DNA of 64,000 bases from Prorocentrum cordatum (taxonomy: Eukaryota), in contig CAUYUJ010000015.1 in assembly GCA_963575745.1 (NCBI GenBank), forward strand, positions 496,001 to 560,000. Reading direction: 5' to 3'. Below, one piece after another: positions 23,353 to 35,401 of this stretch. The stretch's first letter is position 1. Each line of letters begins with the position of its first letter. The position numbers and the translations under genes were made by a program. The notes beneath the pieces are model-generated. The model was not told where the DNA came from. It worked only from the letters and a program-made list of their open reading frames with translations, and ran no database searches.

Positions 23353-24316
23353 TTGTTCTCAGTGCTTATTCTAGTCTCTGTTCCGTGCCCGAGGCCAGTT
23401 AGCGCCTACACCAGCGTTGCCAGCGCCAACCCCAGCACTGTCGCCAGCACCGACTGCCAGCTGCCCGCGTTTGCTCCCACTTGTCCTCTCCGTGTCTCCT
23501 CTCTGCCGCTCGTAACTTCAGTTTCTCTCGTTCCAGAGCTGTTCAGGTTTAGGCTAGCGCTCAAGGCCCCCCTGAGGCCGCACACGTACGCGGGTCTGAG
23601 CACGCTCATACATGTAATGAAGTTTTCTCTTGTGGAAAAACTTGCTTGATTATGATATTCATCGTCGTCACTGGCCTTTGTATTCTGACGAGCTTCGCTC
23701 ATTGCATCCTGTTGTGGAGCTGGAGCTGCTTGGAAGTCTTCGGAGGCCTCATGGGGATGATACTCATCACAGGTCTTGCTAAACTATGCACTTCAGAGCG
23801 TGTTCGCGTCGGAGTGGAGGGGATTCCCAACAGGAGCCCTGTACCGCAGACGCGACGCCCACGACTCATACATATGCGATTTAACATACTGTTTTGGTGC
23901 ATGCTCCATGCGAGCATGTCTGGAGCCCACGGCACACTACAGGAGGTGGGGGACAAACAAACCCATCAGTTTCTGGCTTGCCGTGAACCCCTCGATGCTC
24001 GCGTGCCTGGGCGTGTTCTCAGCCTGAATCTACGACGGCAGATTGTTGGCATCAGCAGTTGGAGTCATTCGTTGCCACTAGTGGAGGCCCTAGCCTCTAT
24101 GTATCAAGTTCCTGTCCACCTCAGTGCCCTTTGTGCAGCCAGCTTTTGGAATCCTATCTCAGAAAAGCCGTCGTCGATTTTCCTCACAGGACTCATCATA
24201 ATCCAGACAGATATGCTTGCGGTGCTACGGACATCTAGCCTCGTCTTGGGTACTGACTTCTTCCAGACACTATATACGGTCACCTTCTGCCTCAGTTTCA
24301 CGCGGACCCGCGCTAT

Positions 24317-24844
24317 GTGGACCGCAGGTCGTCGCCAGCAGCAGGAAGCACATCGGCTTTGTCGTTCGATTACTCCCAGTATGGAAGAGTCTCTCTCTCT
24401 CGGCGTGGAGCAGCACGTTTTCATCAGACCCTTCAGTTATTTGATCTTTTCGAGTTTCAACTTCTATGTGGATTTGGCACCGGTATGCAGGGCAAACGTG
24501 ACCTTAGCTTTCTCTACCAGATGGGCCCTAAGAACTTGTACATCGGCCAAGGTGTACTAACACGTTCATCTGCGATGCGTGCTGGAATTCTGTGCCGATT
24601 CCGTGAGCACCTTCGCGGACTTGAGTGCGCCAAAAGTGGACACCCTCATCCTGATCCCCACAGGTATCGGTGCTTACTCAGAGGCTGTGACACTCATGTG
24701 ATCTTTTTCGTGATTGATATCATGAGGTCATCAGAGGCTTTCAGCATCGAGAGTGCGCGTATTGCCTTTTGTAGACCGCGCGCTAATAATCTAGCCGCGC
24801 CTGCACATGTTCCCAGAGGGAGGACGAGGACGTCGAGGGGCTGA
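24317..24844 (+). pseudogene. GIY-YIG endonuclease domain of the Penelope-like element
   Basis: LYQMGPKNLYIGQG...RFREHLRG...IESARIAFCRPRAN carries the YIG, R..EH, E and N motifs; frameshifted relative to flanking ORFs. Confidence 0.75.
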
Positions 24845-27409
24845 TGGGGGAGGATCTTAACCCACGAACCCCACGTCGCCGCCGAGGGCGGGCTGCACGA
24901 CGCCGTCCGCTTGAAACCCCACCAGAGTTCCTGGACCAGCGTGACATTTATACCCAGGCTCAGTTAGATAAGCACTGCCAGTATTATTTGGGACAACGTC
25001 GGTGCCTTGCCCTTCGGAGGACCTGGCAACGTGTCTTGGGAGGCAGTTTTGGTGAGGTGTATGAGCTCTTTCTCCAGAGAGCTCGGAATGAAGGCTTCGC
25101 GTGTGGCCCCCTCAACATCCTCGACCCGCGGTGCTCTTTGTTGCTCATCCGATGGTTTGCCGCTCGACCCAAGCTGGCTGCTTGGGCCCCTGCATGTGCA
25201 CGGCACACGCACGGCAGTGATCACGCATATGTTTTCTGGCACCTGTGTACACTACTACCACACTATCATGATAGACTACGTGTTCAAGGTACCCTACGCG
25301 TATACCTACAGGCTCTCGGACTACCCACTCCAGGACCCCTGGTATGTACTATCGGCTCTGCTACGCAGCTACCGCTGGCCCGATCCTGGATTCGTCAAGT
25401 TTTTGACCATGTCCGAGGGGAACGACCGTCCTGGTACCAAGTGTTTCGCCGAGCTACACGAATTGTGGTAAAACCCATCCCGCATTTCAAAAAAGCCGTT
25501 TGTTTCCTGGGGCGGTTACCTCAAGAAGTTTGATTTCAGCAATCTCGACGAGCTGACTGTTAAGGATTTGAACAGCGCGTCGAGAGGCGAGGATATGTAT
25601 AGAGCGACAGTCAACGGCCGAACAGCTATTCCATCATTGTGCACGGATGTGGATCTCCGCATCGTTTTTGTTCAGTGGCTTCGGCGAGCAGGTATAAACC
25701 CCGCCGGCCTCCCAGCCACCCTCAAGCTTGACGCCGCGAAGGTGAACCAGACGAGTTGCACCGAAAAACGACACACTGCTCTCTCCCTCAGGCGGCTGCT
25801 GGTCCCGAGAGTTTGGCGTCGGTCATCGAGAGTTGCCACGATCGCATCTCCTGCTCAGTCGAAGATAGGGACCCCAACACGCTCTGGTTTTTCAATCCCA
25901 GGCTCCAGGTGGTTCGGTGGATATCCTTACTCAGCCGTGCACACACGCGTTGGCGCCGTTGCCCCGCTCCGCTCACCAACATCCTCACGCTCTATCGGTT
26001 TCTGTATGCTATATCTATTCCTAAAAGCCTTCGGGGGCGATATCAGGGGACCTTTAAACATGGCAACTTACCTTACATCTACTCTACCATCAAGCTAAAG
26101 CGTTGGCGAGGTGGCGTGGTTTGCCCCCCCCCCCCGAAGGCCGTCATCAATGTAAAGATCCTGGACATTCTTGCATGCGTAATGTATGTAGTTTTATTGG
26201 TATGCCATCTCGTCAGATATACAGATTTATTGGACGTGCACTACGATATCTTTGTGGCCTGGCCTGGCCTGGTTGGAGTTTCGGATCATTGGACACAGCC
26301 GTTCCTCGTCTGGTGAAGGAAGCTCAGTCCCTCTCTCCACCTCCTCCCTCAGGCTGTTGCACGCGTTGTGGGAGGAAGCTGCGAGGGCCAGGCGTGCTCG
26401 TGGCAGACGCGGGGCAGGCTATGAGGACAGTCCCATTCCCCTCATCTGGAGCTGCCTGGACCGCTTGTTCACGAGACTGGATAAGATATTCAAATGCCGC
26501 ACGGTGAGTGTTTTTCGCACCCGTCGTTTTAACTGTCGCCTAGGTGGACACGCTGAGGCTCGTCTCTGGGATCGCATCGTATTCTACTTTAGCAGCCTCA
26601 AGAGAGCCCTCACAGGTTTCATGAGTATGCGGTACTTCCGACTAGGAAACATATGCATGGAACAAAAACGGGGAATCCCTATTGGCGGGCCTTTATCGGG
26701 TGTGGTATCACATATTGTCCTTAGCGAACAAGAATGGCATTGTGATTGTAAATGGCCGACTAGACGGAAGAGACTCTGCACAGGACGATATGTAGATGAT
26801 GTGCTGATGTTTTCCCACTTGTATTGCCATAGCTGCCTCTCCATAGTTATGTCCGAGGTGTATTCAGGAATTGTGAAGTTGAACATCGAGCCTGAGACCA
26901 AGGCCCTGGACTGCGGGACTGTAGTTGTATCTTACGTGGAGGTCGACCTACACATATCTTATACGGCCGTGCGCGTACTTATGATCCACAAGAACGAAGC
27001 TGTCGCACTCACGGGCGACTACAGACACTACAAAAAGAAATCCCTTCCCCCCTTCTATGGCACTATGACTACATGCACGCTAGGACAAGTTCGGGGAGAA
27101 CTCAAAGGACGCCTACACCGATGGGATGCCTACAGCCTTACTCTGGATAACTGGATGGTTCTGATATGTATCGATATGTTATTTTTCTTTCGGCTTGGCT
27201 ACCCACCACATATCCTAAAGTCGGTATGGGCCTCAATGTTCCCTCCAGGGCCCCGACGAGATCTCGTGAAAGCATGCCTGGCCGTAGTGACCCGCGCCAG
27301 CAAGCACCTGATCCCGCCGTCGCAGCATATTTTGGCCCAGCTGGATCAGGATTGCAAGAGTATTTCAGCTCTGACACCTTCACCGACCTCAGCAGCACCT
27401 TCAAAGGTC
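24844..27409 (+). pseudogene. Penelope-type reverse transcriptase, frameshifted across several ORFs
   Basis: LPYIYSTIK, HQCKDPGHSCMRNVCS, VADAGQA, EQKRGIPIGGPLS and RYVDD. Confidence 0.88.
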
Positions 27410-28492
27410 ATGTCGTTCGGTGGACGTCCCCAGGGTTGGGGCAACTACGGCGGTGGCTGCAAAGGTGGCGGCGGCGGCAAGGGCTTTGGTCGTGGCCCTG
27501 CACCTCGCTACGGCGGCCCCTACGACGGCGGCCACTCTCAGCCGATGGCGCCGCAGGGCGGCTTCTGCGACCTGCTCGGCCAGATGAACGGCTTCGTGGG
27601 CCAGGTCACCGCGCTGGGTGCCATGAGCAACCTTGGCGCCAAGCTCGCTGAGCAACAGCAGCAGCAGCAGCAGCAACACCAGGCCTCACAGGCCCCACCC
27701 CAGCCAGGCACCACGTCGTCAGTCCCAACCCCGCCAGCGCGCGAGATGGCCGAGGCCGTCATCTCGGTGCTCGAGGGTCGCGAACGAGACCAGCAGAGCA
27801 GCCACCCCAGTGGTGACAGCCGCCTCCGCACGACCGTCGATCGCCTCTCGACCCTCGTCAACGGTTCCCCCGCTCAGGCCAACGGTTACCAGGACAGCCT
27901 CGAGCAGGCCATTGAGCGCAGCGGTGTCGTTCGTCGTCTTCGGGCCGACCTTCGGGGCTTCTCCCAGACAGTCGAGACCCACGGGCGCCAGCTGGGTGAG
28001 CTCCAGCGTACGACCGAGGGCACCGCCGATGACGTGAAGGCGATTCGGGCCCTCCTGGAAGGCCGCTCTGACCCACCCATGAAGGGCGGAGGCCGCGGCC
28101 GCGGCTCTAGCCCACCGGCGGCGCCCCTCAGCGGCGGCGTCAGGCCCGACCTGAGCGCGACCCCCATGGTACACACTTTCATCGACTACGAGACCCACAT
28201 GGAGTTGATCGGTACCATCGGCGTTGGCGCGACCCGCAGTGACATGCAGGAGCTTGCCACCGCCCTCCAGGAGCCCGCGGACACTAAGATCGCGTACGGC
28301 GAGTGGTGGGGCCACGCCAAGCCCTGCAAGGGCCTCGCGCAGTGGAAGACCAAGCTCACCTCGCTCGGCGCGTCGACCGAGACCATCAAGACCGTAAACG
28401 CTTTCAAGGACGTGGGGGAGCTGATCTACAGTCACCTTGCAGCGGATGGCTCTTGGAACACGGAGACGATGCAGACGATTAAGCTCACCTGA
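27410..28492 (+). CDS. GC-rich Gly/Gln-rich, coiled-coil protein segment (MSFGGRPQGWG...), in frame with the RT C-terminus
   Basis: Abrupt shift to GC-rich codons at an ATG; open for ~360 codons. Confidence 0.6.
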   Translation: MSFGGRPQGWGNYGGGCKGGGGGKGFGRGPAPRYGGPYDGGHSQPMAPQGGFCDLLGQMNGFVGQVTALGAMSNLGAKLAEQQQQQQQQHQASQAPPQPGTTSSVPTPPAREMAEAVISVLEGRERDQQSSHPSGDSRLRTTVDRLSTLVNGSPAQANGYQDSLEQAIERSGVVRRLRADLRGFSQTVETHGRQLGELQRTTEGTADDVKAIRALLEGRSDPPMKGGGRGRGSSPPAAPLSGGVRPDLSATPMVHTFIDYETHMELIGTIGVGATRSDMQELATALQEPADTKIAYGEWWGHAKPCKGLAQWKTKLTSLGASTETIKTVNAFKDVGELIYSHLAADGSWNTETMQTIKLT

Positions 28493-28528
28493 ACGAACAC
28501 TACTCAGACCACCGAAACGACCACCAAC

Positions 28529-28978
28529 ATGTCGTTTCAGGGCGCTTCAGCGCCGAAGGTGGAAAAAACGACGGATGTGAGTCGCTGCATTCAGACTTTC
28601 CCGTATACCAAGCTCTTCATCCCATGCTTCACGATATGGATATGCAGCTTATGTATCTGGTGCGCGTACCAGGCAGGCCTTTTTGTGGAACAGATGCGCG
28701 CGGTTGCAGACTACGCTTGCGAGCATATGATGACCACCTTCATGGCTGCAGTTCCATTGGCCTCAGCTAGCTGGTTAGCCACGATTGCGTTTGGACATCG
28801 TCGGACCAAGCTCCAGTCTGGCTTAGAAGCAGCAGCACCAATGGCAGCGGCTGCGTTTACAGACTCATATGTGTTGTCGCCACCCTTCCCAACTTCAATG
28901 GATGCTGCTGTCGCTTGGGGCACGCGTATTGCAGTAAGTTCGTTGTGGACAGGTGCCGCATACATGCTCTCAATATGA
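28529..28978 (+). CDS. Small hydrophobic, putative membrane protein inside the Penelope-like element
   Basis: 149 aa ATG-initiated ORF with 2-3 hydrophobic stretches. Confidence 0.4.
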   Translation: MSFQGASAPKVEKTTDVSRCIQTFPYTKLFIPCFTIWICSLCIWCAYQAGLFVEQMRAVADYACEHMMTTFMAAVPLASASWLATIAFGHRRTKLQSGLEAAAPMAAAAFTDSYVLSPPFPTSMDAAVAWGTRIAVSSLWTGAAYMLSI

Positions 28979-31900
28979 GATGGAATGACATATCTGTCTT
29001 AAACGGCGGGCTTTTTCATAGTTTTTCTTCTTCCTGGTCTTCGCAGTTTGGCAGTTCTTTCACGGGCAACACGTTTAGATATGATTGATGGGCGGCACTA
29101 TTTGGGGTACACGTACACACTGGTCCACAACACAGATCATACATCTGAGGACCCGAGCCTTCCGTCTTGAGTTACGTTGCTAGGTATTTTTCGGTTTTCA
29201 CTCGAGCCCTCCGAGTTTTCGGAGCCCCCGTGAGGGCCCACAGGACCCCGATCGGCGGTGACCCCTGGTGCCTGATGCGGCTCTGATCTTGAGCTTCCAG
29301 TTGAATTCTGATGAAGTTACCATCCCTGCAATGTTTGGGACGGTCTGTGTGTGTGTGTGCGTGTGTGTTTTTTTCTGTGTGTTTATTCTAGTCTCTGTTC
29401 CGTGCCCGAGGCCAGTTAGCGCCTACACCAGCGTTGCCAGCGCCAACCCCAGCACTGTCGCCAGCACCGACTGCCAGCTGCCCGCGTTTGCTCCCACTTG
29501 TCCTCTCCGTGTCTCCTCTCTGCCGCTCGTAACCTCAGTTTCTCTCGTTCCAGAGCTGTTCAGGTTTAGGCTAGCGCTCAAGGCCCCTCTGAGGCCGCAC
29601 GCGTACGTGGGTCTGAGCACGCTCATACATGTAATGAAGTTTTCTCTTGTGGAAAAACTTGCATGATTATGATACTCATCGTCGCCACTGGCCTTTGTAT
29701 TCTGACGAGCTTCGCTCACTGCATCCTGTTGTGGAGCTGGAGCTGCTTGGAAGTCTTCGGAGGCCTCATGGGGATGATACTCATCACAGGTCTTGCTAAA
29801 CTATGCACTTCAGAGTGTGTGTGTGTGTGTTCGTTCGCTGCCCGCCCATAGCGGGGACATCGTATCCTCGCACCGTCTCATGCCAGGCCGCACGCCAAGG
29901 CAAGCAATGCCGGCTGCAGTGGATGAGGGGGAGGTACGTGTGTGGGGCACGGTCCTCTGTGCGGCCACCCAACGCCAATATACACACCCCGCACACTTCT
30001 CTTGATGCACCCATCCACCAGGACCGGTCCCGTCCCGGAACTGGGCACACCGACACTCACGCGACACGCGAACAACCCACGCCACCTCGGTGGGTGCCGC
30101 TGTCGGTTTTGGTGGGTGGACCCGCCCGTTCGGGGCGGTGTGACGGGGCAGCACCTGCACCACGCGACTCCACACAAGGCTCGCTGTAGCATGTGGGAAC
30201 GCGGGTGGGTGAGAGACCGTGCTTGAGCCACACGTGTGAAGGGGAATAGAAAGGCATCGGAAGTGTTCTGAAGCCTCGAGAATGGTCTATCCAGGAGGGC
30301 CCTCGGTGAGACCCGCGACCGACGTCCCCATCCGGCGGCCGACTACGTGTTGCTCCGGCCACCAGCACCAGAAGTCGCACCGGCCGACGTAATTGCGGCC
30401 ACACGCCACGGCGCTGCCATTCCTCCTGACCGGAACACTGTGGTAGCCTCCGGCGGCACCTGCGTGGAGCCCAGGCCGTCCGCCAAGGCCGGAAGGTCGC
30501 CCCGGCCGTCGGAAATGTTGAGGCCACACGCCACGGCACTGCCATCGCACCGGGGGGGGGAGAGGCGACCGGGCGAGAAGAAGAAAGGGAGGGGGAGGAG
30601 CGCTGCGGCTCGCCGCTCCGCACAGCGCAGCACCGCCAGCGACAGGTGTGTGCGTGTGGGACGGCGCACGCAGGACCGCCAGGTGAGCGGCCGTCAGCTG
30701 CTGTTTCGGCGGCCACCTGCGCGTCGCCTCGGCAGTCCGCCAGGCCGGAAGGTCGCACCAGCCGTCGTACTTGCGGCCACACGCAACGGCACTGTGGCGG
30801 AAGGGGCCACCAATTCCACAACGAAGGATGCCACTTCAGCCACACTGCACGTCTACGACTTGCTGTGGTCTGCGCACTGGTCCGCCGAGACCCGCGCCGG
30901 AGCAGCCAAGGGCGAAGCGACACGTGGCAGACCGACACCGTCCACGTTGTCGCTTGGGACGACTACCGTAGAGGTCACTGCGGTCTCGTCCGTGTCACCC
31001 GTGACCGAGACGCCCCTGGGATCGCTTTGGACTGGGCTTTCGAAACAGAGCAGCGTGGCCGTGCGCAACACCACGGGCAGCAGCACGACCCAACACAGGC
31101 TGCTGTGAGTCTGTGTGCGCGCGGGTGCGAGCGGCACCAGGGGAGGAGGGCGGGACCAGTTACGCCTTCCGGCAGGAGTCTGCCATCAGGTCCGACGAGG
31201 GAGTACGCAGTAGAATAATCATTACCACCAGCACCGCCATGGAAGCCATGTGGAAACATGAAGACAAGGTTGAGGGGGATGAGGTCCAGGGAGTCTGCAA
31301 TGAGGTTCCGTCTAACCTTCTGTTTATAGCTCCTCCGATGCCAACTCTGCAATCAAGTCGGCCTGAAGCTGCTGACCTAGAATGCAAAATACATTGCAAC
31401 CCATCCCTGGATGCGGCGTTGCCGCTAAGCCCCCAGAGATCTTGAGACACAAATCCGGCACGCAGATGCTGCGATACAGCAGAGAAATGTTTCCAAGTGC
31501 AAGCTATCGTGTCCCAGCCACGTGGCCGATGGGAGGCCGGCCAGGTTAACGTCACCGCATCTCCCCGGGGCATGCATACGGTTTGGTCGGGCCCAGCTCT
31601 GAGTCGCCGGCCGAACAGTGCACAGAACGTTCCGGAGAAGCCTCCCCAGAACGTTCTGGGAGCAAAACCTGGCGGGGAACATGCCGCCGGGGATTTTGGC
31701 CTGACGTGGCCTCTAGACAATCATGTAGAAAGCGACTGTACAATGCCTCACGCACCGCACGTCACAATTACAAGAACACAGCGTGGCAATCTAAACGGTC
31801 GTCGGCGCAGGCCCGGAATTGAGGCTCAAATCGCGCACCCGGGATTTTGGCTCAAATCGCGCACCCGGGACTCAGCGTACACATGCTGCTGCCGACGCTA

Positions 31901-32914
31901 ATGCTACGCTCCCTGATTCACGTGGCAAGATGGCCACCCTACACACGCGGGAGGAGGGGAAGGGGGGGGAGGGAGAGAAACGGACAAGTGTGTGCGGCCT
32001 GGGGCGCATCAAGGCGAATCGTTGGCCAAGGATGGCCCTGCGCCGCCGAACCTGCGCTCCGTTGCGGTAGACACCGTCCGCGCTGCCGCCTGGGACTTCT
32101 ACCGTGTAGGTCCACGTGACCTCGCACTTGCCAGCGGTGACCAGCACAGCACCGCGAGCGGCAGCACAACACAACACAGGCGGCAGTCTGTCAGTGTGCA
32201 CACGGGTGCGTGCAGGGCAAGAGGAGGGAGGAGGGAGGGAAGGGGAGAAGCCGGCCTCTTTCCTCCTCGTAGGCGACCGCGCACACACTGACACGTTCAG
32301 GACGGCGGGACAGAGGGGGCACAGGGGCGGGCGGAGGGGCGAGGCCGCGCCAGCTACGGCGCCGGGAGCATTGGCCTCCACACGGGGGCAAGACGGAGGG
32401 AGCAGGAAAGGAGCTCCTTCGCAGGACGCTGCCAATACACTAGCGGGTCGCTGGTTATAGACGATGGCTTGAGTCGCCCCGCACTGCGGCGGCCAAACGA
32501 CCTCGGCCCTCGGATGGGGTGGAGCAGGGGAGAGGAACACGGCAGGGCAGAAAATTGAGCCCCTGCCGGCCACGGCGCTGTGGCCGTGAGCACCCTGCGG
32601 CTGGACACGGCGCGAGGAGCCCGCGTAAGAGACGAGGGGGGGAGAACAGGCTATGTTTGCCAACACGGGGCTCCGCCGCAGTGGCAGCATGCCCCTGGGC
32701 GGTATGGGCATACGTCATCGTCGCCTGCACTGGCGTGAACCGAGGCCGACCTCCCGAGCATCCTCGGCTCGTCCTCCCGCATGCCCTCGCACGCGGGACA
32801 GCAGGGACAGAAGCCGCAAGATAGGAGGCGGGAGGGCAGAGAGAGAGAGAGAGGGCGAGGAAGGACCGACTGGCAGGCCACATATTGCTGCACCTGGGCC
32901 TTGCCGGGGACGTC

Positions 32915-34658
32915 TCACGACTGCGGCCCCAGCACTTCCGCCAGCTGCTTGGGCATCCGGCCGCGGTGGAAGCCTTCCATGTCCTCCACGACGTTGGAGG
33001 CGGCGGGGAAGCCGAGAGAGAGCCCCACCATGAGGTCCGCCCCACCGCCTGGCGTAGCGATGCGCCGGTCACGGCGCATCCAGATCAGGGTGCCGAGCGG
33101 GGTGCGGACAACCTCCTGTCCGGGGGTGCCCACGCCCGCGCTCGCGTTCACGCTGGCCGCGAACTCCGTGCACGCGTGCATCTCTTTCACGAAGAACCCC
33201 ACCCTGGCCAGGGCGCCCCACCAGAGCCATTTGCTCTCCCTCAGATCTGCCCCCTCCGGCGGGGTGAACTTGAGGATGGGCGTGCCGGGGGGGCTGCGCG
33301 GCCGCTGGGCCATGAAGGCCAACCAGCGCTTTCGGGTCGGTGGGTGGGTGCTTTGCGCGGAGGTCCGCAAAGTCGGTCTCAAGCCACCCCTCGACCTTGC
33401 GCATCTGCGGCGGCATCCGTGGCTGCTGCCTGACGGGGCCCAGCCCGTCAACCCTTGCAGCCTTGGCGTGACCGCACAGCCCCGCTCCACCCCACAGGGA
33501 GCCACTCGCAGCCTGTGCCGCGGGAGCGGGGGGCCCTCTGCTTTTGGCTGACTCCGGGGCGGCTGCCGTCGAGGGAGCAACCGAGGACATCTGGCACCAC
33601 ATCGGAAGCGCTTGGGCAGCCGCCGGGTGCGTCGCCAGAAAGAGTCCGAAGGCGCTGGGGTTCTCCTGGTAGTATCTGTACATGTTCCCCCCACACTCCG
33701 CGAACTTTTCCAAGTGAGGGGGGCCGGCCTGGCCGCTCGCGAGGACGAAGGCTAACCCGAGTGTAGCTCCCGCCGCCGTCGGGCGGTTCTGGGCCTCGAG
33801 AAGCACGGCCGCCGCCTGCAACGCTGCCGTGTAGGCCTCGCCCGACCCGCAGATAGTGATGAACTCCTGGGCGCAGGTGCGGATGGTGGTGGTGGTAGCC
33901 TCGTGCAAGCGGATCGCACGATCATGGACGTCGGTGCCGCGCATGCCGGCTGAGTCCGGAGCCAGCTCTGCGGCTGGCGCTGCCTGACGGGGGTCATCCC
34001 AGCGGCTCGGTCGGCGCCGCCGGCACGGGCTGCGGCTACGGTGAGCCCCAGCGTCTGGGCGCTCCCATTGGGTTACACCCAAAGTCACGTTAAAGTAGTA
34101 CGGGTGGCCCGTGCTCGGATCGGCCGCCTCGGTCCAACTGGCTGGGAGGTTCGGGCCTAGGCCGGGCTCGAACGGCGATGCGGGGTCAGGCTGGGCTCCA
34201 GGCGGAGCCACCAGCGACGCCGAGGCCCCTGCGGCAAGGGTCGCAGTCACTGCCCGCTGGCCCCCTCCGGAGTGCACGCGCTCCCGCGCGAGCCCCTGCG
34301 CGAGGGAGGGGATCGGGATCTGTGATCCTTTAGAGCCTGGCCGATAGCTGGCCACGGGGCGCTGGGGCATGTATGTCACCAAGCGCCGGACCGCCAGGAG
34401 GTGCGGGGGCCAGCGCTTCCGGGCCTCCGTGGCAGAATTCTCCCACGTCAGGAGCTGCCCGCCCGGCTGTCGGAGAACACCAATGATCGATCTGGTCATT
34501 GGGATGGGCGCTGGTTGTAGCCGCTGGCCGGCGTGGCGATCCCTGATGGACGTCGCCTCCCCCATCGCATGGGATAAGTCGAGCTGGAGGTTCTTCCTGT
34601 CGATCAAGTCCTGGATGTACTTCTCAGTGCCTGCGTAGGTGAAGTCGTCGTCAGCCAT
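32915..34658 (-). CDS. WW-domain protein with conserved unknown N- and C-terminal domains (one frameshift near 33320)
   Basis: LPASWTEAADPSTGHPYYFNVTLGVTQWERP is a canonical WW domain; paralogue at 43159-44966. Confidence 0.8.
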
Positions 34659-34824
34659 GCCGTGCGAGGTGGGCTGTCAAGGGGGGAAGTAGTCGCGTAG
34701 CCGTCTCGGGGTCCGCCTGGGCCAGAGGGCTGCATGAGGATGCTGGGCCTCACGACGCAACACAACCCACGACGGGTGTCTGCGCGTGGGCAGGGAAGCA
34801 CAGGAGTGAGGGCGGCGAGGGAAG

Positions 34825-34855
<31 letters not shown>

Positions 34856-35401
34856 GGGGAGGGGGGGGAGAGAGGGAGAGGGGAGGTGCCGCGGGCGCGA
34901 CAGCGCTCCGCACAGCGCCTCACAAGCTGCGACAGGTGTAGGCGCGTGGGAAGGCGCACGTGGGGCAGGTTCACGACGCAGTCGAGCGAAGGGTGCACCT
35001 CCGGAGCCCCCGGAGACACCGGAAGCAATACACGCAGACCTCCCCGGGCCGCCCCAGCCACCAAGGGGGGCGAAAACGGGACGACAGCAGGGCACCCGCC
35101 GGCCCGAGGCCACGAAACCCGCGAGGGGTGTGCCGAGCCGCGGCGGCGCCGCCACGCAGACCCCGCCACGGGGCTCTTCCAGTGGGAACGGGCGGGGGAG
35201 GTCTGCATGCATTGCCGAGGGGCTTTTACGCGCTATGGCGGCGGCGCAAATTCAGCACTTCGGGCCCCCAGGCCAGGCAATCCTGGTTGATCGTGAAGCT
35301 GCGGCCAGGGGCGAAAGCAGAGCAGAGCCGGAGGCGGGGCACAAGGAGGAGGAGGAGGAGAAAAAGAGAATAAGGTCGGCTTGGACCTCAGGACACCGGG
35401 C

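Larger units (their letters stand above)
23366..29815 (+). mobile_element. Penelope-like retroelement with an N-terminal GIY-YIG endonuclease and 433 bp direct repeats (pseudo-LTRs)
   Basis: Repeats 23366-23798 and 29383-29815 differ at only about 8 positions and enclose GIY-YIG and PLE-type RT coding fragments. Confidence 0.85.

Noticed and set aside
23685..23700. CTGACGA hammerhead-like core in the pseudo-LTR
   Set aside because: No GAAA follows the small hairpin
31844..31855. Partial spliced-leader match ATTTTGGCTCAA (and 9-mers near 30222 and 55809)
   Set aside because: Too short to be significant
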